NCBI GenBank assembly: GCA_030704615.1
Contig: CM060731.1
Span: 49,972,001-50,036,000 of the forward strand
Length of the DNA: 64,000 bases
Origin: Takakia lepidozioides
Lineage: Eukaryota > Plantae > Bryophyta
Direction: 5' to 3'
The notes beneath the pieces were generated by a model, which saw only the letters and a program-made list of their open reading frames with translations, was not told the DNA's origin and searched no databases. A program made the position numbers and the translations under genes. Below are positions 11,036 to 21,421 of the stretch, in pieces (the first letter of the stretch is position 1; each line of letters begins with the position of its first letter).

Positions 11036-13846
11036 GTAGCAAGGATGACTCTCTCTCTCTCTCCCTCTCTCTCCCTCTCTCTCCCTCTCTCTCCCTCTCT
11101 CCAACTACTTGTTTGGGATTATCAATTTTTTTCCATAATACTTATTTTGGAAATACTATATATTTTTAATCCCAATTTTTAAGGTTTCATCCATACTGAA
11201 TGAAATTTCTGTTATAACCATAACTGGATGATTTATAGGCAGATATGCATTTCAATGCATTTTAGGTTTATGCTCCTTTGATTTAAACCTATTGAATGCC
11301 CATTTTTCATCCTGGTCTGATACCATCCATACCGGATGGTGGATGAAATCGCGGGTGGTTTTCCTTTAAGTGTCTCTCTGCCCTAGACACAACACGATAT
11401 CGTGCGTGTTTTTTTTCTCTGGAAGAGGGCGATGGCGGACGAATGCTCGATGGCGGCTGAATGCCCGAGTAGCAAGATCCGAACGGGTGTGTTCTTGTTT
11501 TTTGAACGCGTGATGACGGCAGACACTTTCATCTCCCGCGATGGCAAATGACATACTGTTATGTTTGCCTACGTTTTTTCCTCATTGATGAAGCAGCGGC
11601 GGTTATGGAGGTGGGGAAGCGGCCTGTATTACAAGATACAACTTGTCCTCAACTCTCATCCCGTTGCATTTTGTTGTGCTCGTTCAAATTCAGATGATGA
11701 ACACTGCAACGTCCTACTCCACAAAAGATTGAGGTTCTTTGTGGTGTCACATCTATGCTTTCTTCTGCTGGTTCTGTGATCTTTGCATGCTTTATGGCTC
11801 ATACCTGACATGGATAGCAACTGTGAAATCCTGTAATTCACCTCGCGCATCCTCACTAACGCACAAAACATTTTTTGTGTTTGTTTTTGGGACGGGCGCA
11901 GGTGAGGGATTTCACTTGGCATGAACTCTTTGGCTTGCAGATGATCTGGTTACTGCAGGAGGGATAAGATATGCTGCAAGCTGCCGTTGTTGCAATTTTC
12001 TGCTTCAAAGCTGCTTCAAAGGGGATATGCCTTAAACCTTTACTTTGATTTCTGGTTCTTGGTAACCAAATCTGTTAAGTCAGGGAAGTAAATGGGCTGG
12101 GCCTCCTAGAAATCAGACCTTATTGTGAAGGTTCGGGCTGGTTGTGATGACAAGGGTTTGGTGATGCAAGTGTGACATTGGATGCATTTTTCCAGACCTG
12201 TTTTTTGGCCTTTTGGAGAGTCAGACACTGTTGTTTATGCCTCACCAGTTTAGAATGTATTAAGTAAGGCATTGGGTAAGCCTTTTTAAGAACACATACA
12301 TTCTTTCAGGCTCCCCCATGGACATTATAACCTGATTACAGACTGGTATTTTTGAGGATCTCTCTAAAACTTGGCAGAGTGACTGGATAAGGCCCTGGGA
12401 TACATACCATAGCCCTGCATCTACTTATGGAAGTACAATCAGTTCAGCTTGTGCTTTTAGGAACATACAAGTCTTTTAAAGCTGTAATAGGGAATTGTTT
12501 TCATCAAAGCTCTCACTCTTAGGCCTGCTGGAATGGTTTTCTCAAAGACCTGTTGAGCTTACAACATACTTGTTTAAGCTATTTGAACCCAAGAATTACC
12601 AAGCTAGTATTTTTAAAGGGCTTTTTTGATTACGAACTGTATTCTTAAGCTCCCCCCAGAGATTGGGAATGTGACATGGTAATGACTCTCTCTCTCTCTC
12701 TCTCTCCTCCTCTGATATATGATACATATATACATGATTTGTGCAGAGGCATGGATAGCTGAAGGAGCAGGGATAGAGTGCATGGGTCCAGATTCATCCA
12801 AGAGGGCCGGATTTCAATCTCCAGATTACATATGATTCCCTGTGGAAGGATAGCTACAAGAAACCTACATGGATAGATGATCAATTGGTTGGTCTTGAGC
12901 TGAAGAGCACGACCCCTGCAGGGATGTCTCTCCATCTGTAGATCTTTTAGGAAGTGGAAGGCTAGGCCTAGGGCCCAGCTTTCTTATGACATTGTTAGCT
13001 GATTTTCAGTTCTTCTCCTTAGCTCGGTGCCTTTCTGTTTCCAAGTTATGGCAGTAGTTTCTGGCTGCAGTCTCTTTTCCTGCTAGACTCTTTAGCTCTA
13101 TGCAGACCCCCTTCTTTGCTTGCCTTCCTTCTTACTACTCTTTCTTGTCTTGGTACGCGAAGCTGTGTCTTCCTCTTTCAGCCTCTATGGCACTCTATCC
13201 AGAGGTTATTTTTCCTCTTTGTATCCAAGGACATTTTATGTCCATTACCTATAAAGTTCTAGAGGCCACTGTCCCCCACTGTCCCTCTTTGTTAACCAAA
13301 AAAATAAAAAAATAAAAAACAACAACAATGGCTTCCATTCTATTTTCCTAGAAACCTAATGAGAATTTAAATCAATTAGTAATCTAAATATTATAATTGT
13401 ATGATTTAATTTATTAAATTAAAATATTATTAAAAAACCTCTTTAGTCATGAAGTTATATACTCATGACTACATCATGGCAACGTGGCATTATATGATAC
13501 GATATTCTTTCCCACGTGTGGGTCATATATGTTGTCCATGTGGACACGTGTCACATCCGGAGTGCTACATATGTCTCTCTGACGCCTCTCCAATGGAGTT
13601 ATACTTTGTAGACATGTAGTCATATAGTTAGTCATATATAAATCATATAGTTGTGACTACATCCTCTCTACAGCATGACTCCAGGTGCCACGCACGCAGT
13701 CACGGCTATGACTTGCAAAACGCAGTCCTAAAGACTAGTCGCTATGACAGGGCTTTTTTCACTGCACAGTGATATAGTCATGAACGCATATAGGACTGAA
13801 AAAATAGTCATATGTGCAGTCATAAAAACGCTCATCTGTTGTAGTG

Positions 13847-14453
13847 CTATGCAGTGGGTGTGGCTTCAAAATTCAGTGAAAGGCCTCGCCGAGCTCACTG
13901 CAATGCTGTCTCGAGGATCCTGAAATATTTACGTGGCCATCCCAACTGGGCGATCACTTATAGGGCCTCTGATTCTCCTCGCATCTTGACGGCTTACTGT
14001 GATAGTGACTATGCTGCGGATATTGATGATCGGAAGTCTCGATCGGGAGTGGTTCTCTTCCTTAAGAATGGACCGGTTGCCTGGGCTAGTCGAAAGCAAC
14101 CATGTACATCCAGCAGTACAACTGAATCGGAACATATTGCTGGAGCTCTTGCCACTAAGGAGATTGTGTGGTATCGTCGCTTGCTGAGCAGCATTGGTTA
14201 TCCCCAGCCCGAGCCAACTAGTCTGATGAGTGACAGCCAATCATGCATTCGTCTTGTGAAGAATCTTGAGTTTCATCGCAGGACCAAGCATATTGACGTT
14301 GCTTTTCATATCATTCGTGAAAAGCATGAGAAATGCCAGATTCATGTCACGTACATTCATACTGAGGATCAGATTGCTGATGTGCTTACCAAGCCTCTGC
14401 CCACCGAGAAGTTCCAGTACATGCGTGCACTCCTCGGCCTTATTGCTGTATGA
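13847..14453 (+). pseudogene. Copia-2 RT end and RNase H
   Basis: RILKYLRG, AYCDSDYAADIDDRKSRSG, SSTTESEHIA, RTKHIDV, DQIADVLTKPL. Confidence 0.93.
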
Positions 14454-14495
14454 AGATTTTAGCTAACGAAGACTACCCCATCTGTCAAGTGGGAG

Positions 14496-14760
14496 TTTTG
14501 GATTTTCTCACGACATCCGGACAGTTTCTTGGCATATAAATAACTAGTTACTCACTAATCACTTGTAACCAACCACAAGGCAGTTAGGCTAGTACATAGT
14601 CTGGTAGTCATGTTGTCATACTCTCTCTCTTTGACGATGTTCTGCGATTAGCATAATTTGCAGATAGCTTAGAAGTTGCTCAGCCTGTGCTTGCGTGAAC
14701 AGTAGATTGTTTGTTGTAGCTTTTGGGTTATGAGCTTGACCTGATTTAGCACAAACAAAA
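14496..14760 (+). repeat. Copia-2 3' LTR (TTTTG...CAAAA)
   Basis: Follows the PPT; matches the 5' LTR apart from a ~60-bp internal deletion. Confidence 0.9.
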
Positions 14761-17215
14761 GTATGATGATTATTGTACGCCATACCTTCTACCCCTATTG
14801 TATCTTTACACATACCCATGCTAGCTTGGGTTCATCAATCCTCAATACGGGCCTCAAGCGGGGTATGAAAGTAATTCATACTTAGACCGGTATGGTAGGT
14901 AGGGGGTAGGTCCAGTGTTCAAAACCCGGGTCCATGGTATAGCCGGGGTATATGCCCCAAGACATACCCAACTGGTATGTTCTACAATACCCTTACTCAT
15001 ACCAGTGCACATACCCCGGCCTATTGGCACATACCAGTACAACATTGGTTCATACTTTTATTTTTTATAAACTTTATTCCCCTAAAACCTTAATATATCC
15101 ATGTTTGAAGCTTGTTAAGAAAGCAAATTCCTATTTTGGAATACAATGCATTCAAGGTTGGGATATTTGATTGAAAGTTTTTATAGAACCTCGTAGACAA
15201 ACTGTCTCTTCCATATTAGTTTCTCATTGAAACTTTTGTCCACCTCATATCCATGTTTGAAGCCCAAGCCCCGTTTTTTCTTTTCTTTTCCTCCCATTTC
15301 TAAAATTTTCAGTTTTGGGGTACAATAGAGTGCAGACGTGGCCAGGTCATTTGATCCCAACATGTATAAGATTGATTTAGCTCATTAAAAAAATTGCTTA
15401 GTACTACTTGCAATTTTGTAGGAAAATTCCTAAGCACTTTTCAGCCTCTTTTTACATTGAATAATATTTATTTATTTTTGGCTAGTACTAAGCTTTTGGG
15501 AAGTCTATAGACAGGTTGCGATATTTAATTGAGAGATTTTATATGTCTTAGTTACTCTTGTAAATTTGTTTGTCATTGTACAATGTATGGTACCAAATTT
15601 GCTTACCCTAAATCCTAGTATGCCACCCTAAAAAATAGGGTTTAGAACAAGCAAAAGTATGAATGATACCAATAATGGGATAGTGTTTAGGATAATACAA
15701 AATTTCATTTAAATATTCCAACCATTCTAGTATGCAACCCCAAAGTTAGAAAAGAAATTTTTAAGTGAATTTCAAACTTTACAAAGATACTTTTGGGGTA
15801 CTTGGCTTAGGGTATTAAGCTAAAGTATAGGTAAGAAACAAATATTAAAGAGTGTTTAGGATCTACAAAAAACTCATGTAAAAATCCAGACCACTTTACT
15901 TTATTATAAAGCGAGTCAATGGGGGAAAAAAATTTAATGAGCTTTAAACAATAAAAAAATGATACCCTAAAACGTAGTTTCTACGTTTGAAGCTCATTGA
16001 TTAATATATGTATGATAGAGTTCTCGGGATATTTACTTGGAAATTCTTATATGTTCTAAACACTTTTCCAATTTTTTTTTGTACTTGATAGTACTTTTAC
16101 TTATCCGAACCCCTATCCCCTAAATCTCATTCAAATATTTGAAGTTCATTCAAATCATTTTTCCAGCTTTGGGTATAGTACAATTATGGTTAAAATATTA
16201 CTTGATTGAATGTTTTTATAGGTCATAAACTTTCCTACATATTTTGTGTGATTCATACTTATATTTTTTCTACAACTTTATGCCCCTAAAACCGGCTCTC
16301 ATTTTAGATTAATTGGGTCTTTAAGTCTCACGTGTGTGCCAGGCAGCGCACGGACGCAGGCAGCGCACGGACGCACGAACATCGGGTCGCCCCCAACTTT
16401 GTCCGCGACTGGGTTTGCTCGCGTCCAACGGGGGGTCTGTTGGCATCCAATGGGTCTGCTCGCGGGTCTGGGTCTGCTGGCGTCCAATGTAGGGGCGGCA
16501 GACCGCCCCGCCCTCGGGGCTTAGAAACTTTTCCGGGGAAACTCGTCCGTAAAAAGAATCATTATTAATGCACTGCAGCGCCAATCGGATTTGAACCCAC
16601 AACCTCATGGACACCATTTGAAGCGCCCAACCACCACACTATCAGCTATTTGTTGCCATACCACCAGTTTTTTTGTCTCTTATACTAGACTAGGGCTTCG
16701 CGTTGCTCCGCACTACTATCGACGACTTCTGAGAACTACGTGCAATTGGCACAAAAAGGGGTGGGTCATTGCCACGCATACAGTGATTCTTTTGATAATT
16801 GGAAATATATACTATGCAAAAAACATGAAGAACTATGCAAAAGTAAAACCGTCATAGGCATACCCCTATCTATGCCCAAGAAGTGAGGGGGGGTTGAACC
16901 CCCTTTTCTGCCCGGTATGCAGACACCTCCCCCTCCCATTTCCTCCGTCCGTCCGTCCCTCCCCAAGTCCCTCCCCAAGCATCAGACATCACATCAAATA
17001 ACCACCCCATGTAGCTGCACTGATCGCCCTCCCGAAATAAGGAAAGAAAAAAAAACATACAGAAAAATTGAGAAACCCAAGCCCTCCATAGCTTCCCGAC
17101 ACTGAGCCTTGAAGGAAACAACAAATACCGACGCATACACCTATGGCACTCCCAACATCGGGCTGGATCCCACGCAATAGCAAACCAGCACCATGTACAC
17201 TACACCATTTTAAAT

Positions 17216-17572
17216 TTAATGTTGTTTTGGAAATGGCTCAATTCTTCGATTGTTTATGCAATCTCTCAAGTGGGTTCTCATGGTGGTTGTTGCGTATCGG
17301 GAATGTGCGGGGTTTAATCCAAATGCTATATCCGTGGCATAAGCTATTGCAAATACGCCACAGGATGAACCGTCAGTCTGTTGCATGACATCGGCATAGA
17401 TATAATTGAATTGTGGGGCTGGGATTAATTTCGCGAGATGTTGTTCTATTTCGCTCGGTAGCCGCTTACCCGCGGGCATGCTGGAATCAAACACCGTACA
17501 TTGACAATTTGTTTCGTTCGGATTTATCATTGTTAGAATCCAATGGTTGTTGTTGACGAACACGTGCTGCAA
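17216..17572 (-). pseudogene. Ulp1/C48-like cysteine protease domain at the C-terminus of Helitron RepHel
   Basis: HVFVNNNHWIL...VFDS...QQTDGSSCGVFAIAYA: His, Asp and Gln-x5-Cys catalytic pattern of clan CE (Ulp1/SENP) proteases. Confidence 0.75.
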
Positions 17573-17687
17573 ACATTTCTTGGTGTATTTCGTTCTGCCT
17601 AGTAGAGTCGAATACGCATGTTGTTGGTAGTTTTGTGTTTCCAGTTCCTAATCAAATAGCATTTACATCCCGGCCGCCAAATGCTAG

Positions 17688-20292
17688 TCACACAACCATC
17701 ATATTGTCATCCAAGATGATTTGTTTGTCGTGCGCTGTCAATAGGAGATCTTCGTGCCAATATGTTTCTTGACGGACATCTGTGTCGGAGTGTTCGTCTT
17801 CGGAATCGATTTCTATGATTTCGAACGGTGTGGGAGCTAATTCTAAGCAAGTTTGGTTTTCATTTGATTCTATCGGTGTGGGATGTTCGGCTTCAGAATT
17901 GGTTAGCATTTTTAATTCTCCGAATGTGTGTCTTGGTTGGAGCGTTTTGGCGGCAAGGTTTGTATTCACCGTGTTGATGTGTTCCGTGGTCTTGTGTGAT
18001 TTTTGTTTTTGGACATTACAATCGGCTTGTGGAGCCATGAACTCTAGTGAGCCTGTCTTGAATTTGGCTCCTTGGATGTCTTCGAACTTAATGTCCCAAA
18101 GTATTACTAGTCCTTGTAGGGAACGCAAACGAGACAGTGTGACGTAAATGTTGTGCATGTTCAAGGGGTGTCCATCTGGTGGTTTTTGCAAGTCGATGAT
18201 TATCCTGTCGAAAGTTTTGCCTTGGCCTTTGTAGTCGGTTAGGCAGTATGCGGGTATCAGAGGCAATTGACGTCTGCTGATTTTGAATTTCTTTGGTTTT
18301 TTGAGTTCATCCTCCGTGTGGTGAAAATCGAACGTTCTTGAAACGGGTGTGATGGGCACTACGTTTTCTGAGAGATTTTCTAAATTTATGCTGCTCAATG
18401 TTTGGTGTTGACTGATGAATTCCCCGAAGTCGATTAATACGTGATTTGGCGGGTGCATTAAATTATCTTCCCGTATGATCCAATCATCTTCTGTTGTCGA
18501 GATCCCCACTATTTGTCCGACTGCACCGTTTACAAGCCCCAATCTAGGATACAAATTGTCGGTTAGCATGATTGTCATTCCTTTGTACAATCTCAAAAAT
18601 GGAAGAAGGTTGTGGCTTCTATTCCCAGGTACGGTTTGTCAGATTGAGAATTGGAACTCGTCGCGGAGTGCATGTTTTTTGTAGGTGTCTGTGGCTACTA
18701 TGGTGTAGGACGCGTGGTTAGATTTACGTGTGTAGTATTATATCATTTGGTGATTGATGGCGTTCTTTAACTGGTTTCGAGGTACAATGTACGTTGCTTT
18801 ATCCCATGGTTCGTTGAAGAGGTTGATTTTCAGGTTCGACATGAATCTTGTCTGTAATAGTTCGAAGTCTGTTTGGGTGAAGTTGTCTTCACGTAGATTC
18901 TGTAGCAATTTCGCATATTGTAGATCGTGGGCTTGTCTCATTTGCTGGGTCAAAATGATTGTGTTAGGCCGTATGTAATTTTCCCATAGGCTCTTGCCTA
19001 TAATCTTTTTTTGTGTGTATTTTGTGAATGTGAATATGGGTTGTATGTTCGTTGAATATAGAGGCGCGTCAGTGACTGGTGGAAAGTGCATGAAATCGCC
19101 CATGAACATTATGTTGAGTCCTCCGAATGGTAACATGTTCGATTTGAATTTTTGTAACTTCAGATGGATATCGGCGATCATGTTGCATCCAACCATAGAT
19201 ACTTCGTCTATAATCAAATAGTCTGTCCTGGACCATTCGTTTATGAATTTTTTTTGTGTCGGATTCGTTGACTCTCTGGCTGATTTTCAGTCCCAATAGA
19301 GCGTGGATGGTTGATCCCCCTATAAGGGTTGCAACGTTTGCTGTGTAGGCACCGATTTTCAGTATTTTGGGTCTCTTGGTTTTTATGAAGTACGTTTGGA
19401 TTGCTTTAATTATTTCTGTCTTTCCCGTTCCGGCAGCACCTCCCACGTACATTAATGTTTGTTTTCTTCCATCGAGATGGTGATTTTGTGGATCTATGAA
19501 ACGCTCAAATGTTGATTCTTGCGAAGTGTTGAGCTTGTATTTTTTTATTACAAAATATTTAGCTATTTGATGTTGATCTCCATTGTGCACGATATCAGGA
19601 TCTACATCGTAATTGTCGTCATTTGTGATATCCATTGATTCAGTTTTTGGAATTTCTCTCAATTCTGGATTTTTGTGTTGGAGGTTAATGTTTTTGGATG
19701 AATGAGTTGCATTTGCAAACTCGTAGAGGTCGTTGTCAATGCCGGTGGGCATATTTTTGGATTCGCGTAATATTTTCAACCATTTATTGATTTGGGTTCT
19801 ATTTGATTTTTTTGTTTCAATTTGGATCATTCTTATTTTTGGTGCGGTATGGTGTTGTGGTGATATTGTCCCGTTGGCATCCGTAACGAGCTTGTTGGTA
19901 ACCTCAGTCACATATTGATTTTCGCTTGTATTGCACATGAGATATTCGATTTGTAATTTCTGGCCTTTTGTGACTATGTCTTTTGTATGTTGTTGCGACG
20001 CTGAATTGTCGTCCACATATATATCGTCGTCATCGTCATCGTGCATTTCGTCTGGCATCTCATTGTATAAGGGGTCGATGTTGATGTCTTCTGGATTCTC
20101 GTCATCATCTGGATTTTCGTTCTTCAGTAACAGTCTGTCGGAGTCTCGTGATTCTTTGCATTCATGGAGCATGTCGATATTTGCGATGATTTTCCTGTTG
20201 AATTCCGAACATATTGGATATAGTTCGTCGAAAGTGTCTTCCCAACTTTGTTGTGATCTTGGCTTTAAGTTGTGGATAGATCTCCATGGCAT
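17688..20292 (-). pseudogene. PIF1-family helicase part of RepHel (frameshifted)
   Basis: Walker A GGAAGTGKT, GGSTIHALL, IIDEVSMV, PFGGLNIMFMGDFMHFPPV, QQMRQ, GLVNGAVG, RRQLPLIPAYCLTDYKGQGKT, YVTLSRLRSLQGL. Confidence 0.92.
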
Positions 20293-20501
20293 GAACAGAA
20301 TACAAATAGCGCGAGCGTACGTTGCCGCATCATTTATTTTTTAAGGTATTTTGTAACCTTGTATTACCGGCCCTTTGGTTACCTGTGATTCGTATACACT
20401 GTGGGTGTCACTTTGCGGCAGCAGCCCGGTTTCGTCGTCGAAATGCGTTTCTTCAACCAATACAGCGGGAAATCCGTATCTACAATTCTTTTTTAAAACA
20501 T

Positions 20502-21383
20502 TGTCGAACGGCTTTTACTCACCCATCCCTTCGCTATCCGAGGTGGAAACTCCAAGATAGAAGAGTTGGATATCTCTAAGCACTCAGCCCACTCAGAACA
20601 ATCAGTCATGACCTGCAGCTAGTGAATCATGGTTGTGCTTCATATTTGTATTCCTTCCTGCCTTCATATTATCAATTTACCTTACCGTGTAACCTGATGC
20701 ATCAGATTGCTTCAATATCTACTAAGTTCCAATTAATCATGCATTCATTCCACAGCTTCTCTCGTGTCTCTCTACATAATATGTTTGTATCGATTCAGTA
20801 TCGGATTAAAATTAATCATGTATCATGCCTAAGCCATGGTGTCTCTATTCTACCCTACTGTATAATTTTACAGCTTGCATGAACTAAGCCTCATTCAAGT
20901 CATCATCTCCTCTTCACTGTTTCCGCTCTCCGTTACGTCTCCTCCTCTCCTGAAGAAGTCGCCCTCCTCAAGAAGTGATCCCCTTCTTGTTGCCGCTCTG
21001 CCTAATCTACCCGCAAGCTGTTCTAACCACCTAACTAACTAACCGTCACCTCTGAAGTAACACGTTCCCTCTGCAGATGTCGTTCCCACACAGTCGTTCT
21101 CTGTCAATGATAACTGTTCCCTATGTACTGTGACAGCCTGTGTCAAGCTGAGCCGAGCTGTGACTGGCTGTGTAAAGCTGTGTCGGGCTGTGACTGGCTG
21201 TGCGAAGCTGTGTCGGGCTGTGATAGACTGTGACGGGCTGTGTAAAGCTGTGTTGGGCTGTGTAACCCCCCTAAAGCCTGCTCCTACCACCCCTAAGGCT
21301 CCTGTTGGTCTCAGTCTGCGCAAAAATTAAGGGTATCCCATAGAACCCATAAAAGCGTCTAAGTCCCAAGCAGCCCTCTAACA
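20502..21383 (-). repeat. Gypsy 3' LTR (882 bp)
   Basis: Near-identical to 32021-33007; contains a ~20-bp gctgtg minisatellite. Confidence 0.95.
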
Positions 21384-21421
21384 TTACCCCTCCCTCTCTC
21401 AAAAAGCCGTGTCCTCACGGT

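Larger units (their letters stand above)
8817..13846. mobile_element. Non-autonomous CACTA (Pack-CACTA) DNA transposon
   Basis: TIRs CACTACAAGAGATGAGCGTTTTTA / TAAAAACGCTCATCTGTTGTAGTG, 3-bp TSD CTA (8814-8816, 13847-13849), subterminal atgactac/gtagtcat repeats, no transposase ORF. Removing it restores copia RPDISY|AVG. Confidence 0.95.
4543..14760 (+). mobile_element. Full-length Ty1/copia LTR retrotransposon (Copia-2), interrupted by a CACTA insertion
   Basis: Two LTRs, 5-bp TSD GTATG (4538-4542 and 14761-14765), PBS at 4866, PPT aagtgggag at 14487-14495, domain order gag-PR-INT-RT-RNaseH. Confidence 0.95.
16685..20496 (-). mobile_element. Helitron-like element, 3' part (PIF1 helicase, protease domain, putative CTAG end)
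   Basis: Helicase ORFs listed separately. Putative 3' end ...ctagtCTAG|t at ~16685 with a weak GCAACGC hairpin core. Continuous with 33013+ once the gypsy insertion is removed. Confidence 0.8.

Noticed and set aside
4541-14757. Canonical TG...CA boundaries for Copia-2
   Set aside because: They give mismatched flanks (TTGTA vs AAAGT), and the 3' LTR does not begin with TG after the PPT.
14770-16290. hAT-like end (CAGTGTTCAAAA at ~14913, ggtatg/catacc repeats) and AT-rich DNA
   Set aside because: No matching opposite TIR or transposase motif; too weak to call.
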